Positions 18,803 to 27,689 are shown, counted from the stretch's first letter. The stretch: 64,000 nucleotides of DNA from Clostridiales bacterium (GCA_021202555.1 JAJQCT010000023.1:10865-74864), one strand, 5' to 3'. A program made the numbers and translations. Notes: generated by a model not told the origin, from the sequence alone.

Positions 18803-19689
18803 TCGATTGAATCGTCAAGCCCGACAATTACGTATGTAATGACGTCGCCGTCCCAGACATAATTTGTCCCTGCTCTGCCCGAGGTCGGCTCCTCACCGTT
18901 TACGGTGTAGCCCCAGAAGAAAATCTCCGTCTCCTCGCCGCAGTAAAGCGTACCGCCCGCATATCCAGCAACCGTCGAAATGCTCATTCCCGTCAGGTCG
19001 AGCGTATATTCAACGCCGTACTCCGAAAGCGCCTTAGTAACGGCATCAAGCACAGTCACGGCACCGCCGTCAATCCCGATCGTAACGGTGACGGAATCCA
19101 GAATGACGCGCTCCGATTCGGATATATCGTAAAGCTCGATTGTTTCCCCCTCCGTTTCGGATTCGGAATCATTCCCCTCGGTTTCAGTGCTGCCGTCCTC
19201 GCCGCTCTCAAACGTCTCGTCATCGCCCGTTTCATTTGCCGCGTCGAGCGCCGCCTGCATTTCGGCGTTGACGGTGTATATCAGATATTCGGCGTACTTG
19301 TCGCCAAGCTTTACGGTTACGGTCACGCTTATTGATGCGCCTGACGAGGATGTGCCGCCGCTTGTCGATGACGTTTCGTCACTGTCCGCGGCTTTGTCCG
19401 CTTCAGACGAGGATTCGGCGCTCGTTTCAGCCGGCGTTTCGTCCGTTTCCGTGTCCGATATGTCGTCGGCAGCATCTGCATTTTCAGTCGTTTCCTCCGC
19501 CGTTTCCCGTGAGCTTTCTTCTATGATTTCCGAGATTTTCGTTTCCGTTTCGGAGTCTCCGACGGTCTGGGTTGTGTCGTCGCCCGCGGGATTGCCGGAG
19601 CATGAATAGACCGCAAACACTATCGCCGAAAGCACACATAAAACAGGTATAACGGCAAAATATTTTACGTTTGCTCTCATTGAAGGCAA
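18799..19689 (-). CDS. Lipoprotein with acidic low-complexity linker and DUF4430-like C-terminal domain
   Basis: Signal peptide plus Cys ('FAVYSCSG'), then a long D/E/S/T-rich region. The C-terminus ('FFWGYTVNGEEPTSGRAGTNYVWDGDVITY') resembles DUF4430. Confidence 0.45.
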   Translation of the reverse strand: MPSMRANVKYFAVIPVLCVLSAIVFAVYSCSGNPAGDDTTQTVGDSETETKISEIIEESSRETAEETTENADAADDISDTETDETPAETSAESSSEADKAADSDETSSTSGGTSSSGASISVTVTVKLGDKYAEYLIYTVNAEMQAALDAANETGDDETFESGEDGSTETEGNDSESETEGETIELYDISESERVILDSVTVTIGIDGGAVTVLDAVTKALSEYGVEYTLDLTGMSISTVAGYAGGTLYCGEETEIFFWGYTVNGEEPTSGRAGTNYVWDGDVITYVIVGLDDSIE

Positions 19690-19730
19690 TTTCCTTCCCG
19701 CGATATTTACGCGAACGCGCCGCTCTGCGT

Positions 19731-19775
19731 CATAAGACTTGAATGATGAAGCTTTGGGCTTAGCTCAATGTCTTA
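19731..19775. repeat. Degenerate copy of the hairpin-1 repeat element
   Basis: CATAAGACTTGA-ATGATGAAGC-tttggg-CTTAGCTCA-ATGTCTTATT shares flanks and apex with the element at 56165-56205 (..AGACTTGAGCGGCGAAGC-ccag-CTTCGCCGCTCAGTGTCTTATT..). Confidence 0.35.
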
Positions 19776-19864
19776 TTGTATCATAAAATCGTTGTTTTGT
19801 CAAGTGCTTTTTTTGACGTTTTGGACGTCCTCACAAAAAATTCAGACAGCGAAAAGCAATTCGC

Positions 19865-19893
19865 TTGACTTTGCGGCTCCGTTATGGTATCAT
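19865..19893 (+). promoter_or_regulatory. Putative promoter for the GH43 gene
   Basis: TTGACT (19865-19870), 17-nt spacer ending in TGg, TATCAT (19888-19893). An AAAGGAG RBS precedes the ATG at 19934. Confidence 0.55.
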
Positions 19894-19933
19894 TTTTGTG
19901 TAGCAAATCAAACAAAAAGGAGCTTTTAGCCTT

Positions 19934-21469
19934 ATGAAAAAGAACAACCCGATAATCTGGGCGGACATCCCGGACGTCGACGTTATTCGCGTCGGCGACA
20001 CGTACTATATGGTAAGCACGACTATGCACCTCTCCCCCGGAGGCGTTATTTTCCGCTCATACGATCTCATTCACTGGGAAATAGCAACGTATCTTTACGA
20101 TATTTTAGAGGATTCGGACGGCGAGAGGCTTCTCGACGGACGAGGAATTTACGGTGCGGGAATGTGGGCTGCCACAATACGCCACCATAACGGCAAATTC
20201 TACGTCATATTTGTCGCGAACGACACGAGAAGTCAGAATATCTCCTTTCTCTTTACGTCGGATAAAATCGAGGGTCCGTGGAAAAAGCGCAAAATCAAGG
20301 GCTTTTATCACGACTGCTCGCTTTTCTTCGAGGGCGACAGACCGTTTATCGTGTCGGGCGGCGGCGACATCAGGCTCGTTGAGATGAAACCCGATCTCTC
20401 AGAGCCGCTGCCGGGCGGAATTGACAAAATAATCATACGCGACAGAGATTACGTCGGACTTCGCTGCGAGGGATCGCATATGTATAAGCTGAACGGAAAA
20501 TATTATATCTTCATGATCCATTGGCTGCGCTACGGCTCGAAGCGGCGCACCGAGGTCTGCTATTTCTCCGACAGAATCGACGGCGAATACGTCGGGAACA
20601 ACTTACTCGACGATGATATGGGCTATCACGGCGCGGGGGTCGCGCAGGGCGGAATCGTCGATACGCCCGACGGGGATTTTTACGCCATGCTATTTCAGGA
20701 TCACGGCGCGGTCGGGCGCATTCCCGTACTTGTTCCCGTGAAATTCGAGGATGACGGATGGCCTATATTCGGAATTGACGGGAAGGTACCGCACTTCATT
20801 GAAACAAAATCGACACGTCCCGATTATAAGTACGCGCCCATTGTGACAAGTGACGAATTCAATTATTCAGGCGGCGCCCCTCTTCCGCTTTCGTGGCAGT
20901 GGAATCACATTCCCGACAAATCTCTTGTAAGCTTCACCGAGCGCGAGGGATGGCTACGCATCAGAACAGCTCGCACCGCAAAGAATGTGACGCTCGCGCA
21001 GAACACTCTCGGTCAGCGCACAGAGGGTCCCATGTGCGAGGCTGAAACTCTCGTTGACGGCACGGGGCTTTGCGACGGCGACTATGCGGGAATATCCGCG
21101 TTTCAGTCAAATTACGGATTTATAGGAATCACCCGCGAGGGCGGCTCGCTTTTCCTCGTCATGCTCGGACGCGGCGAGGGCGGCGAATCTGCCGAATACG
21201 GCAGAGCTCCGCTTGAGGGGAATACCGCGGAGCTGAAGGTATTCTGCGATTTTGACGATAACCGTGACATTGCCGAATTTTATTTTAAGCGCGGCGGCGA
21301 GTGGGTAAAGCTCGGAGCTGACATTCATATGCTCTATACGCTCGATCATTTCATGGGCTATCGCCTCACGCTCTCGTGCTATTCGACAAAAAAGCCCGGA
21401 GGTCATGCCGACTTTGACTATTTCAGATACAGGCGAATCGACAGCCGATATGAGGAGGAAAAGGATTGA
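19934..21469 (+). CDS. Glycoside hydrolase family 43 (beta-xylosidase/alpha-L-arabinofuranosidase type) with C-terminal lectin-like domain
   Basis: 511-aa ORF with the N-terminus 'NPIIWADIPDVDVIRVGDTYYMVSTT' typical of the GH43 five-bladed propeller, plus a ~200-aa C-terminal beta-sandwich region. Confidence 0.8.
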   Translation: MKKNNPIIWADIPDVDVIRVGDTYYMVSTTMHLSPGGVIFRSYDLIHWEIATYLYDILEDSDGERLLDGRGIYGAGMWAATIRHHNGKFYVIFVANDTRSQNISFLFTSDKIEGPWKKRKIKGFYHDCSLFFEGDRPFIVSGGGDIRLVEMKPDLSEPLPGGIDKIIIRDRDYVGLRCEGSHMYKLNGKYYIFMIHWLRYGSKRRTEVCYFSDRIDGEYVGNNLLDDDMGYHGAGVAQGGIVDTPDGDFYAMLFQDHGAVGRIPVLVPVKFEDDGWPIFGIDGKVPHFIETKSTRPDYKYAPIVTSDEFNYSGGAPLPLSWQWNHIPDKSLVSFTEREGWLRIRTARTAKNVTLAQNTLGQRTEGPMCEAETLVDGTGLCDGDYAGISAFQSNYGFIGITREGGSLFLVMLGRGEGGESAEYGRAPLEGNTAELKVFCDFDDNRDIAEFYFKRGGEWVKLGADIHMLYTLDHFMGYRLTLSCYSTKKPGGHADFDYFRYRRIDSRYEEEKD

Positions 21470-23337
21470 CTCATAAAAAAAGCGGATTTCGGGAGAGGAC
21501 ACTGATATTCAAACAGGCTCCCGACAAGCATACGGGAAAAATGAAAAGGGCGCTTTATTACCTCTGGCAGTACGGAATGCTTTTGCTTGCATCCGTCTGC
21601 CTCGGCGCGCTTCTTTTGATTTTCGCCCACGGCGACTATTCGTGGCACGGATTTCTCGGCTATTTCAAATCCCCCGCGATTCTTTTCTTTAACATTCTTC
21701 CCGTATCGGCGATAATTTTTATATTTTACGGAATAACGGGACGGGCGTGGGCTGCGTTTCTTTTCGGCGGTATTCTCGCCTCCGTCCTGCCGCTCGCGAA
21801 CTATTATCTTCTTGCGTTTCGCGATGACACGATACGGTTTGAGGATCTGACGCTCATACGCGAGGCGATGGCAATGGTTTCGGAGCAGCATTACGACCTT
21901 TTCGTCGATTTGCGAATCCTCGCGCTCATTTTCTCCCTTGCGGCGGGAACTCTCATCCTTTCCCTTTTTGTGCGGTATAAAATCAGGCGCGCGCCGTGCC
22001 GAGCGGCTATCGCTTTAATCACGGCAGCACTGTTCGCCATCTCGCTTTTCGGATATTTCAGCGACGATACATACGATTCCGTGCAGAATTACGATTATTT
22101 CAATCGCTGGAGCGAGACGCAGGAGTATATCTCGCGCGGATTCTATTATCCCTTCATACACAGCATATCCGATTTTTTCGACGAGACAGCGCCGGACGGG
22201 TACGACGAGGAAACGGCAAAGGCAATTCTCTCCGAATATGAGGACGCGGACATCGACGAGGACAAAAAGGTCAACGTAATCGCGATAATGCGCGAGGCTT
22301 ACGCCGATTTTTCGCAGTTTGATATTGAAGGCTTCGACGCATCCGCATACGACACCTACCACAAAATACAGTCCGAAAGTATGACGGGAAATCTCATCGT
22401 CAACGTATTCGGGGGCGGCACCGTTGACACGGAAAGGAGCTTTCTCACGGGCGTTTCCTCACTTCGCGATTACAGAAGCTCCGTCGATTCCTACGTCCGT
22501 TATTTCGCAAGTCAGGGCTATCTGACAACGGGAATCCACCCCTACTACAAATGGTTTTACAACAGGCAGAATATAAACACGTATCTCGGATTTGAAAGCT
22601 ACCGTTTTTACGAGGATGATTTTGAATACCTGACTACGGACGCGCTGCCGAAGGATTCGCTGCTTTACGACGAGCTTTACTCCGATTATTGTGAGCTGAC
22701 AGCGGACGGGACACCGTATTTCTCATTTTCCGTCACAGTTCAAAGTCACGGTCCTTATTCAACGACATCATACAGCGGCGACACGGAATACCTCACGGGC
22801 GACTATTCCGACGAATGCAAAAACGCGTTCAACAATTACATAAACGAGATAACCGACGGTGACGAGGCGCTTTACGCGCTGATGGAGACGCTTCGGGACG
22901 ATGAAACGCCCGTTGTGCTCATCGTATTTGCCGATCATATGCCGTGGATGGGCGACGGAAACGCCTACTATAACGAGCTTGGAATTGACGTTTCAACATC
23001 GACTGACGAGGGCTTTTACACGCACTACACAACGGAATATCTCATTTGGGGCAACGAAGCCGCGAAAGAAGCGCTCGGCGTTGATTTCACGGGAACGGGA
23101 CCCACGGTATCGCCGTGCTTTCTCATGAACGTGCTTTTCGATACGCTCGGATGGGACGGACCCGCATATATGCAGGCAACGGATGAGGTCATGGCGTCAA
23201 TTCCCGTGATAACGACGACAGGACGATATGTTGTGAGCGGCGAGCTTGTAACCGAAATTCCCGAAAGCTACGCGGAGCTTTACACGAGATTTTCGTATAT
23301 CGAATACTACAGGAATCACGTTTTCACATATGAATAG
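21466..23337 (+). CDS. LTA synthase/sulfatase-family membrane protein (LtaS-like)
   Basis: Multi-TM N-terminus plus an extracellular sulfatase-like domain ('VNVIAIMREAYADFS', 'GGGTVDTERSFLTG'). The ORF-track start is a TTG overlapping the GH43 stop. Alternative ATG at 21541. Confidence 0.65.
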   Translation: MTHKKSGFRERTLIFKQAPDKHTGKMKRALYYLWQYGMLLLASVCLGALLLIFAHGDYSWHGFLGYFKSPAILFFNILPVSAIIFIFYGITGRAWAAFLFGGILASVLPLANYYLLAFRDDTIRFEDLTLIREAMAMVSEQHYDLFVDLRILALIFSLAAGTLILSLFVRYKIRRAPCRAAIALITAALFAISLFGYFSDDTYDSVQNYDYFNRWSETQEYISRGFYYPFIHSISDFFDETAPDGYDEETAKAILSEYEDADIDEDKKVNVIAIMREAYADFSQFDIEGFDASAYDTYHKIQSESMTGNLIVNVFGGGTVDTERSFLTGVSSLRDYRSSVDSYVRYFASQGYLTTGIHPYYKWFYNRQNINTYLGFESYRFYEDDFEYLTTDALPKDSLLYDELYSDYCELTADGTPYFSFSVTVQSHGPYSTTSYSGDTEYLTGDYSDECKNAFNNYINEITDGDEALYALMETLRDDETPVVLIVFADHMPWMGDGNAYYNELGIDVSTSTDEGFYTHYTTEYLIWGNEAAKEALGVDFTGTGPTVSPCFLMNVLFDTLGWDGPAYMQATDEVMASIPVITTTGRYVVSGELVTEIPESYAELYTRFSYIEYYRNHVFTYE

Positions 23338-23344
23338 GCTAAAC

Positions 23345-23371
23345 AAAAAACGCGGGATTCCCGCGTTTTTT
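23345..23371. terminator. Bidirectional rho-independent terminator between convergent genes
   Basis: AAAAAACGCGGGA-t-TCCCGCGTTTTTT. Confidence 0.8.
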
Positions 23372-23382
23372 ATTGTCCTTAT

Positions 23383-23919
23383 TCATTTTTCGGGAAACGC
23401 CTCAATTATAGCCGCCGCGACCTCTTCGGGCGTCATGTTTGTGCTGTCAACGACAAAATCATAATTTGACGGGTCGGCGTAATCAACCTTATAAATATCT
23501 AAAAAGCGCTCTCGTTCAAGCTTGCCGCGCTCCTCGAGAAGCTCCGCCGCCTCCTCTGGCGAGCCGTAGCATTCGACATCTCCTCGCTCGGCAAGAAATA
23601 CGCGGCGTCCCGCCTCCGCCGGCTCGACGGATATAAAGACGCGGAACACGTTTTTCGCAAAATGCCACGCCATGCGCGAATCGAATATGATGTGGTCGCG
23701 TTCCTCGGAGATTTTTTCCACTTCCCTGTCGATTACAAAATCAAGCGAGGGGTCGGTCATCATGCGGCGATTCAGTTCAAGCGTCGTTATACCCATGTCT
23801 GACGCAATTTTTCTTTGAATCTTCCCCGTCGAATAAATCTCAAAGCCGAGACTTTCCGAAAGGATTTTCGTTATGGACGACTTTCCGCTTCCGAGATTGC
23901 CCGTTATGGAAATGTGCAT
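23383..23919 (-). CDS. Cytidylate-kinase-like / AAA-family nucleotide kinase
   Basis: The start is set at MHISITGNLGSGKSS (P-loop). The longer ORF-track start (23979) would run into the tRNA gene. Confidence 0.65.
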   Translation of the reverse strand: MHISITGNLGSGKSSITKILSESLGFEIYSTGKIQRKIASDMGITTLELNRRMMTDPSLDFVIDREVEKISEERDHIIFDSRMAWHFAKNVFRVFISVEPAEAGRRVFLAERGDVECYGSPEEAAELLEERGKLERERFLDIYKVDYADPSNYDFVVDSTNMTPEEVAAAIIEAFPEK

Positions 23920-23954
23920 AAGCCTGACGTTCCTTTGAAAATAGATTTTAATAA

Positions 23955-24028
23955 CCTGCCCGATGCGATTCGAACGCACGACCTGCAGAGTCGGAGTCTG
24001 CTGCTCTATCCAACTGAGCTACGGGCAG
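23955..24028 (-). tRNA. tRNA-Arg (anticodon CCG)
   Basis: 74-nt cloverleaf folded by hand: acceptor CTGCCCG/CGGGCAG, D arm GCTC-AGTTGGATA-GAGC, anticodon arm GCAGA-CT[CCG]AC-TCTGC, T arm GTGCG-TTCGAAT-CGCAT, discriminator G. CCA is not encoded. Confidence 0.9.
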
Positions 24029-24030
24029 TT

Positions 24031-24441
24031 ATGACATTGATAAGTGAAGCATAGCTTCACTTATCAAGTCGATGAATATTGCGCGCAGCGCAATATTCAC
24101 GGTTTAACGAATGTTTTCATATTGCGAAACACAGCTTCGCAATATGAAGTCTGTCAAATATTCTGTTCAAAGCATAGCTTTGCCCAGAATATTTGCAGTG
24201 CAGTAAATAAGTCCTGTAGAATATTGCGTGCAGCGCAATATCCACGGTTTAGCGCATTTTTGATAATGTGAAGCGTAGCTTCACTTATCAAGTCGATGAA
24301 TATTGCGCGCAGCGCAATATTCACGGTTTAGCGAATGTTTTCATAGTGAGAAGCATAAGCAGGCTTCGCAACATGAAGTCTTTTCAGTGCATGAAATCCC
24401 GAACAGTGGAGGCAGCACAGCGCCGATTTCACCGTTCAAGC
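24031..24441. repeat. Tandem array (at least 4 modules) of double-hairpin repeat elements
   Basis: Perfect palindromes lie at 24039-24065, 24074-24098, 24118-24146 and 24296-24320. Near-perfect ones lie at 24157-24194, 24219-24243, 24262-24288 and 24342-24373. Conserved linkers are AAGTC and ACGGTTTA(A/G)CG. Segments 24037-24117 and 24259-24344 are near-identical direct repeats. Confidence 0.85.
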
Positions 24442-24535
24442 GTTTATTTTATCATAAATCTCGTCCCGTGTAAAGAGCAAAACGAAAATTTTTTCCCGTT
24501 TTCCGAAAAAAATTTCCCGACACGCGATTTTTCTC

Positions 24536-24564
24536 TTGACATAAATAAAAAAATGCGGTAATAT
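24536..24564 (+). promoter_or_regulatory. Putative strong promoter for the small membrane protein gene
   Basis: TTGACA (24536-24541), 17 nt, TAATAT (24559-24564). A GGAGG RBS lies at 24603-24607. Confidence 0.6.
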
Positions 24565-24615
24565 ATAAGATGTGAACGCGGTTTTTCGCGCAATTTAATT
24601 TCGGAGGTTTTATCC

Positions 24616-24849
24616 ATGACACTTCATTCGCTTTTCCCAATTTCGTTCAGAGATCGTTCGCTGACGGGTCTTGTAATCGCCATAGTTATTTACGTCGTTG
24701 TCGGCGCTGTCGCGGGCGCGGTTATCGGCTTTTTGTCGTCAATACCGATACTTGGCATCATTTTCTCGATAATCGGCGCGCTTGTCGATATCTACTGCCT
24801 TGTTGGTCTTGTTCTCGCGATTCTTTACTATGCGAAGGTCGTTGAGTAA
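24616..24849 (+). CDS. Small hydrophobic membrane protein (2 predicted TM helices)
   Basis: 77-aa ORF with a good RBS and promoter. It has two G/A/I/V-rich hydrophobic stretches. I recognised no family. Confidence 0.5.
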   Translation: MTLHSLFPISFRDRSLTGLVIAIVIYVVVGAVAGAVIGFLSSIPILGIIFSIIGALVDIYCLVGLVLAILYYAKVVE

Positions 24850-24876
24850 AAGAGAGCGGTACATAAAACTCAATTG

Positions 24877-24943
24877 CCCGCAGTTTTAAGCGGCGGCAGA
24901 CACGTTTTCTGACCGCGCTTATTTACCGGCGGGCTTTTGCTTT
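24877..24943 (+). terminator. Long imperfect hairpin plus T-tract (terminator or attenuator-like)
   Basis: CCCGC..AAGCG..GCGGCAG-loop-CTGaCCGC..CGCTT..GCGGG followed by CTTTTGCTTT. Only about 30 nt separate the T-tract from the next ATG. Confidence 0.45.
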
Positions 24944-24973
24944 GCACATGAAAATCGAAAGGAGAATAATTTC

Positions 24974-26452
24974 ATGTATTCAAGCAATATACCGAACGTA
25001 AAGCTCGGAATAATTTCGGTTTCGCGCGACTGCTTCGTAATTTCGCTCTCAGAGGGACGGCGCCACGCCGTAGCCGAGGCGTACCGGACAAGGTACGGCG
25101 AAATTTACGACTGTCCCGTGACAGTGGAATCGGAGCGCGACATGGCAAGTGCCGTCGCGGATGTGAAGGCGGCGGGCTGCAATGCGCTTGTCGTATTCCT
25201 CGGAAACTTCGGACCCGAAACGCCCGAAACGCAGATTGCGAAATATTTTGACGGTCCCGTGATGTACTGTGCGGCTGCCGAGGAAAATACGGGTGTTCTC
25301 ACCTCCGAGCGCGGCGACGCCTACTGCGGAATGCTTAACTGCTCGTACAACCTCGCTCTTCGCGGACAGCGGGCGTACATTCCCGAAAATCCCGTCGGGA
25401 CGGCGGAGGATATTGCCGAGGAAATACACAATTTCGTCCCCGTTGCGAGGGCTGTTATCGGGCTTTCAAAGCTCAAAATCATCACCTTCGGACCGCGTCC
25501 CGCCGACTTTTTCGCCTGCAACGCGCCAATCAAGCCTCTTTACGACGTAGGCGTTGAAATCGAGGAAAATTCGGAGCTTGATTTGCTTGTTTCGTATCGC
25601 GAGCATGAGGGTGACGAACGAATCCCCGCGATAATAGAGGAAATGAAGGGCGAGCTTGAGGTTCCCGACAAGATGAAGGGCATTCTTCCGCGCCTCGCGC
25701 AGTTTGAATGCACTCTCATTGACTGGGCGGAAAATCACAAGGGAAGCCGCGAATTTGTCGCGTTCGCCGACAAGTGCTGGCCTGCATTCCAGACGGAATT
25801 CAAGTTCTGTCCCTGCTACGTGAATTCGAGGCTTACATCACGAGGCATTCCTGTGGCGTGCGAAACGGACGTTTACGGCGCGCTTTCCGAATATATCGGA
25901 TGGTGTGTTTCGGAAAATCCCGTGACGCTGCTCGACATCAACAACACCGTGCCGAGGGATATGTACGAAAAGCATATAAAGGGCTACAGGCAAAACGAAA
26001 CCTTCATGGGCTTTCACTGCGGAAATACATCCGCCTGCCTTATAAAGAACCCGACGATGAAATACCAGCTCATTATGAAGCGCTCGCTTGAGCCGGACGG
26101 TGAGCCTGACATTACACGCGGGACGATTGAGGGTACGATAAAGGACGGAGACATCACATTCTTCCGCCTTCAGTCAACAGCGGACGCATCTCTCAAGGCG
26201 TATATAGCGCACGGCGAGGTGCTTCCGGTCGAGCCCTGCTCGTTCGGTGGAATTGGAGTATTCGCGATTCCCGAAATGGGGCGCTTTTATCGCCATGTGC
26301 TGATTGAAAAGCACTTTCCTCATCACGGAGCCGTTGCATTCGGACACTGCGGGAAATATCTTTTTGAGGTGTTCAAATATCTCGGAATCGAGGATATATC
26401 GTACAGCCGCCCGGCAAATGTGCTGTATCCGACCGAAAATCCGTTTTCCTGA
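24974..26452 (+). CDS. L-fucose isomerase family protein (FucI/AraA-like sugar isomerase)
   Basis: 492-aa ORF. The N-terminal Rossmann-like region and central/C-terminal regions ('ACETDVYGALSEYI', 'FMGFHCGN') resemble COG2407-type isomerases. The substrate is not assignable. Confidence 0.55.
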   Translation: MYSSNIPNVKLGIISVSRDCFVISLSEGRRHAVAEAYRTRYGEIYDCPVTVESERDMASAVADVKAAGCNALVVFLGNFGPETPETQIAKYFDGPVMYCAAAEENTGVLTSERGDAYCGMLNCSYNLALRGQRAYIPENPVGTAEDIAEEIHNFVPVARAVIGLSKLKIITFGPRPADFFACNAPIKPLYDVGVEIEENSELDLLVSYREHEGDERIPAIIEEMKGELEVPDKMKGILPRLAQFECTLIDWAENHKGSREFVAFADKCWPAFQTEFKFCPCYVNSRLTSRGIPVACETDVYGALSEYIGWCVSENPVTLLDINNTVPRDMYEKHIKGYRQNETFMGFHCGNTSACLIKNPTMKYQLIMKRSLEPDGEPDITRGTIEGTIKDGDITFFRLQSTADASLKAYIAHGEVLPVEPCSFGGIGVFAIPEMGRFYRHVLIEKHFPHHGAVAFGHCGKYLFEVFKYLGIEDISYSRPANVLYPTENPFS

Positions 26453-26507
26453 CGGACTGTCTCTGTCAAAGACAGTTACATTGAATTTTCAGCATTCAAA
26501 ATACCTG

Positions 26508-26542
26508 AAAAAAATACTCGCCCTGACGGGCGAGCATTTTTT
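26508..26542. terminator. Bidirectional rho-independent terminator
   Basis: AAAAAAATA-CTCGCCC-tgac-GGGCGAG-CATTTTTT between convergent genes. Confidence 0.75.
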
Positions 26543-26556
26543 ATAAAAATGACTGA

Positions 26557-27492
26557 TTAAAAATCATCCTCTGTTGCGAATCCGAGATATACAGCGAAAT
26601 ACTGATACATCGTATTTGCGGCTTCTGCAGCGGTGTATGAGCAGTCCACAGTTATTTCATAGACATTGCCCGACGCTACGGCGTCAACCTCTGACCATCC
26701 GTCGCGACCCGTTATATCATCCGCCGAGCCTACCGTGAAGATTATCTTCGGATTAGCCTCGATTACCTCTTCCTCGGTAACTTCTATGAATCCCTCGTAA
26801 TCCGACGAGCTGCCGAAAATGTTGGAGCCGCCCGCAATCGAGATGAGCTCATAAATGTATGAGTAAGGCGCAACCGTGTAGCACGTACCGTCCTCATAGT
26901 TAAGCTCGAAATAGACGCTCGGCGAGACCCATGTTGTCTGAGCTGCGACAAGAGCCTTTGCCTGATCAAGCCCCTTCTGAATCGATTCCTGCTCCGTGGA
27001 ATAAGAAACGCCCATAAGAGTGCCGACAAACTTGACGTAATCATTCTTGATTGACGTCACGCTCTCCGCCTCGGTCGGGAATTCAACGGCTACGATTCCT
27101 GCGGCTGTAATCGTATCGACATCAATATTCGCGCCTGTGTCGTAAATAACGACATCGGGAGCAGCCGATACAATTGCGCTCGTGCAGTCGTCAGTCACGT
27201 CGTAGGACGCCTTGACGTAATCGGAGCATGAAAGCCTCGAAAAGATAGTCTCGGCAGCGCTCGAAACCGTTATAACGGAGCTGATCGACGAAGGCACAGT
27301 CGCGGAATCCCCGTTCGGAAGCGTAATCGTCGTCGTTCCATCGTCATTCGATGTCGAGGAATCCGTTGTGTCGTCACTTGAAAGTGTCACGTCGCTGCCC
27401 TTGTTTTCCTCAGAATCGTCGCACGACGAGAGGACTGTCACCGCCAGCGTAAGCATAACGGCGAGGATAAATGAAATAATTCGTTTTGTCAT
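26557..27492 (-). CDS. Periplasmic-binding-protein type 2 lipoprotein (FhuD/BtuF-like ABC substrate-binding protein), orphan
   Basis: Lipobox 'VLSSC', S/T/D-rich linker, 'PDVVIYDTG', 'ANPKIIFTVG', 'AVASGNVYEI'. No permease or ATPase gene is adjacent. Confidence 0.6.
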   Translation of the reverse strand: MTKRIISFILAVMLTLAVTVLSSCDDSEENKGSDVTLSSDDTTDSSTSNDDGTTTITLPNGDSATVPSSISSVITVSSAAETIFSRLSCSDYVKASYDVTDDCTSAIVSAAPDVVIYDTGANIDVDTITAAGIVAVEFPTEAESVTSIKNDYVKFVGTLMGVSYSTEQESIQKGLDQAKALVAAQTTWVSPSVYFELNYEDGTCYTVAPYSYIYELISIAGGSNIFGSSSDYEGFIEVTEEEVIEANPKIIFTVGSADDITGRDGWSEVDAVASGNVYEITVDCSYTAAEAANTMYQYFAVYLGFATEDDF

Positions 27493-27539
27493 GATTGACC
27501 CTCCAAATAAAAATTAGGCTGTGAATATATGATACCGAT

Positions 27540-27568
27540 ATAATACCACGTTTTTTTCTTAATGTCAA
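27540..27568 (-). promoter_or_regulatory. Putative promoter for the binding-protein gene
   Basis: Minus strand: TTGACA (27568-27563), 17 nt, TATTAT (27545-27540). A GGAGGG RBS precedes the ATG at 27492. Confidence 0.55.
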
Positions 27569-27653
27569 TACCCCGAGCACATTTTTATCGCCCGAAAGAA
27601 AAAAATTAACAGATTCGTCTTTGTCGCGTCCGCTGCGTCATCGGAATGCTCCG

Positions 27654-27684
27654 AAAAAAAATCACGGCGCGCCGTGATTTTTTA
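27654..27684 (-). terminator. Rho-independent terminator of rpsU (bidirectional shape)
   Basis: AAAAAAAATCACGGC-gc-GCCGTGATTTTTT, 6 nt after the rpsU stop. Confidence 0.8.
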
Positions 27685-27689
27685 TCCGA

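Noticed and set aside
23920-23979. N-terminal extension of the kinase-like ORF (ORF-track start 23979)
   Set aside because: The extension overlaps the tRNA-Arg gene (23955-24028). The P-loop protein starts naturally at the internal Met (23919).
24031-24441. CRISPR array
   Set aside because: The repeats are not uniform in length or spacing. The units are themselves differing palindromes rather than one repeat separated by unique spacers, and no cas genes or leader are present in the window.
24031-24441. Integron attC sites or a gene-cassette array
   Set aside because: The hairpin-plus-conserved-flank logic is superficially similar, and at the ABC loci the stop codon lies in the conserved tail. 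However, the GTTRRRY/RYYYAAC core sites are absent, there is no intI gene, and the array contains no cassette ORFs.
24044-24561. Two ORF-track ORFs (24044-24271 and 24268-24561) whose products both begin M-K-(H/R)-SFTYQVDEYCAQRNIHGL
   Set aside because: The shared peptide comes from translating the direct repeat of the hairpin modules. The ORFs are built from palindromes, have no RBS, use GTG starts inside a hairpin stem, and look unlike real proteins.
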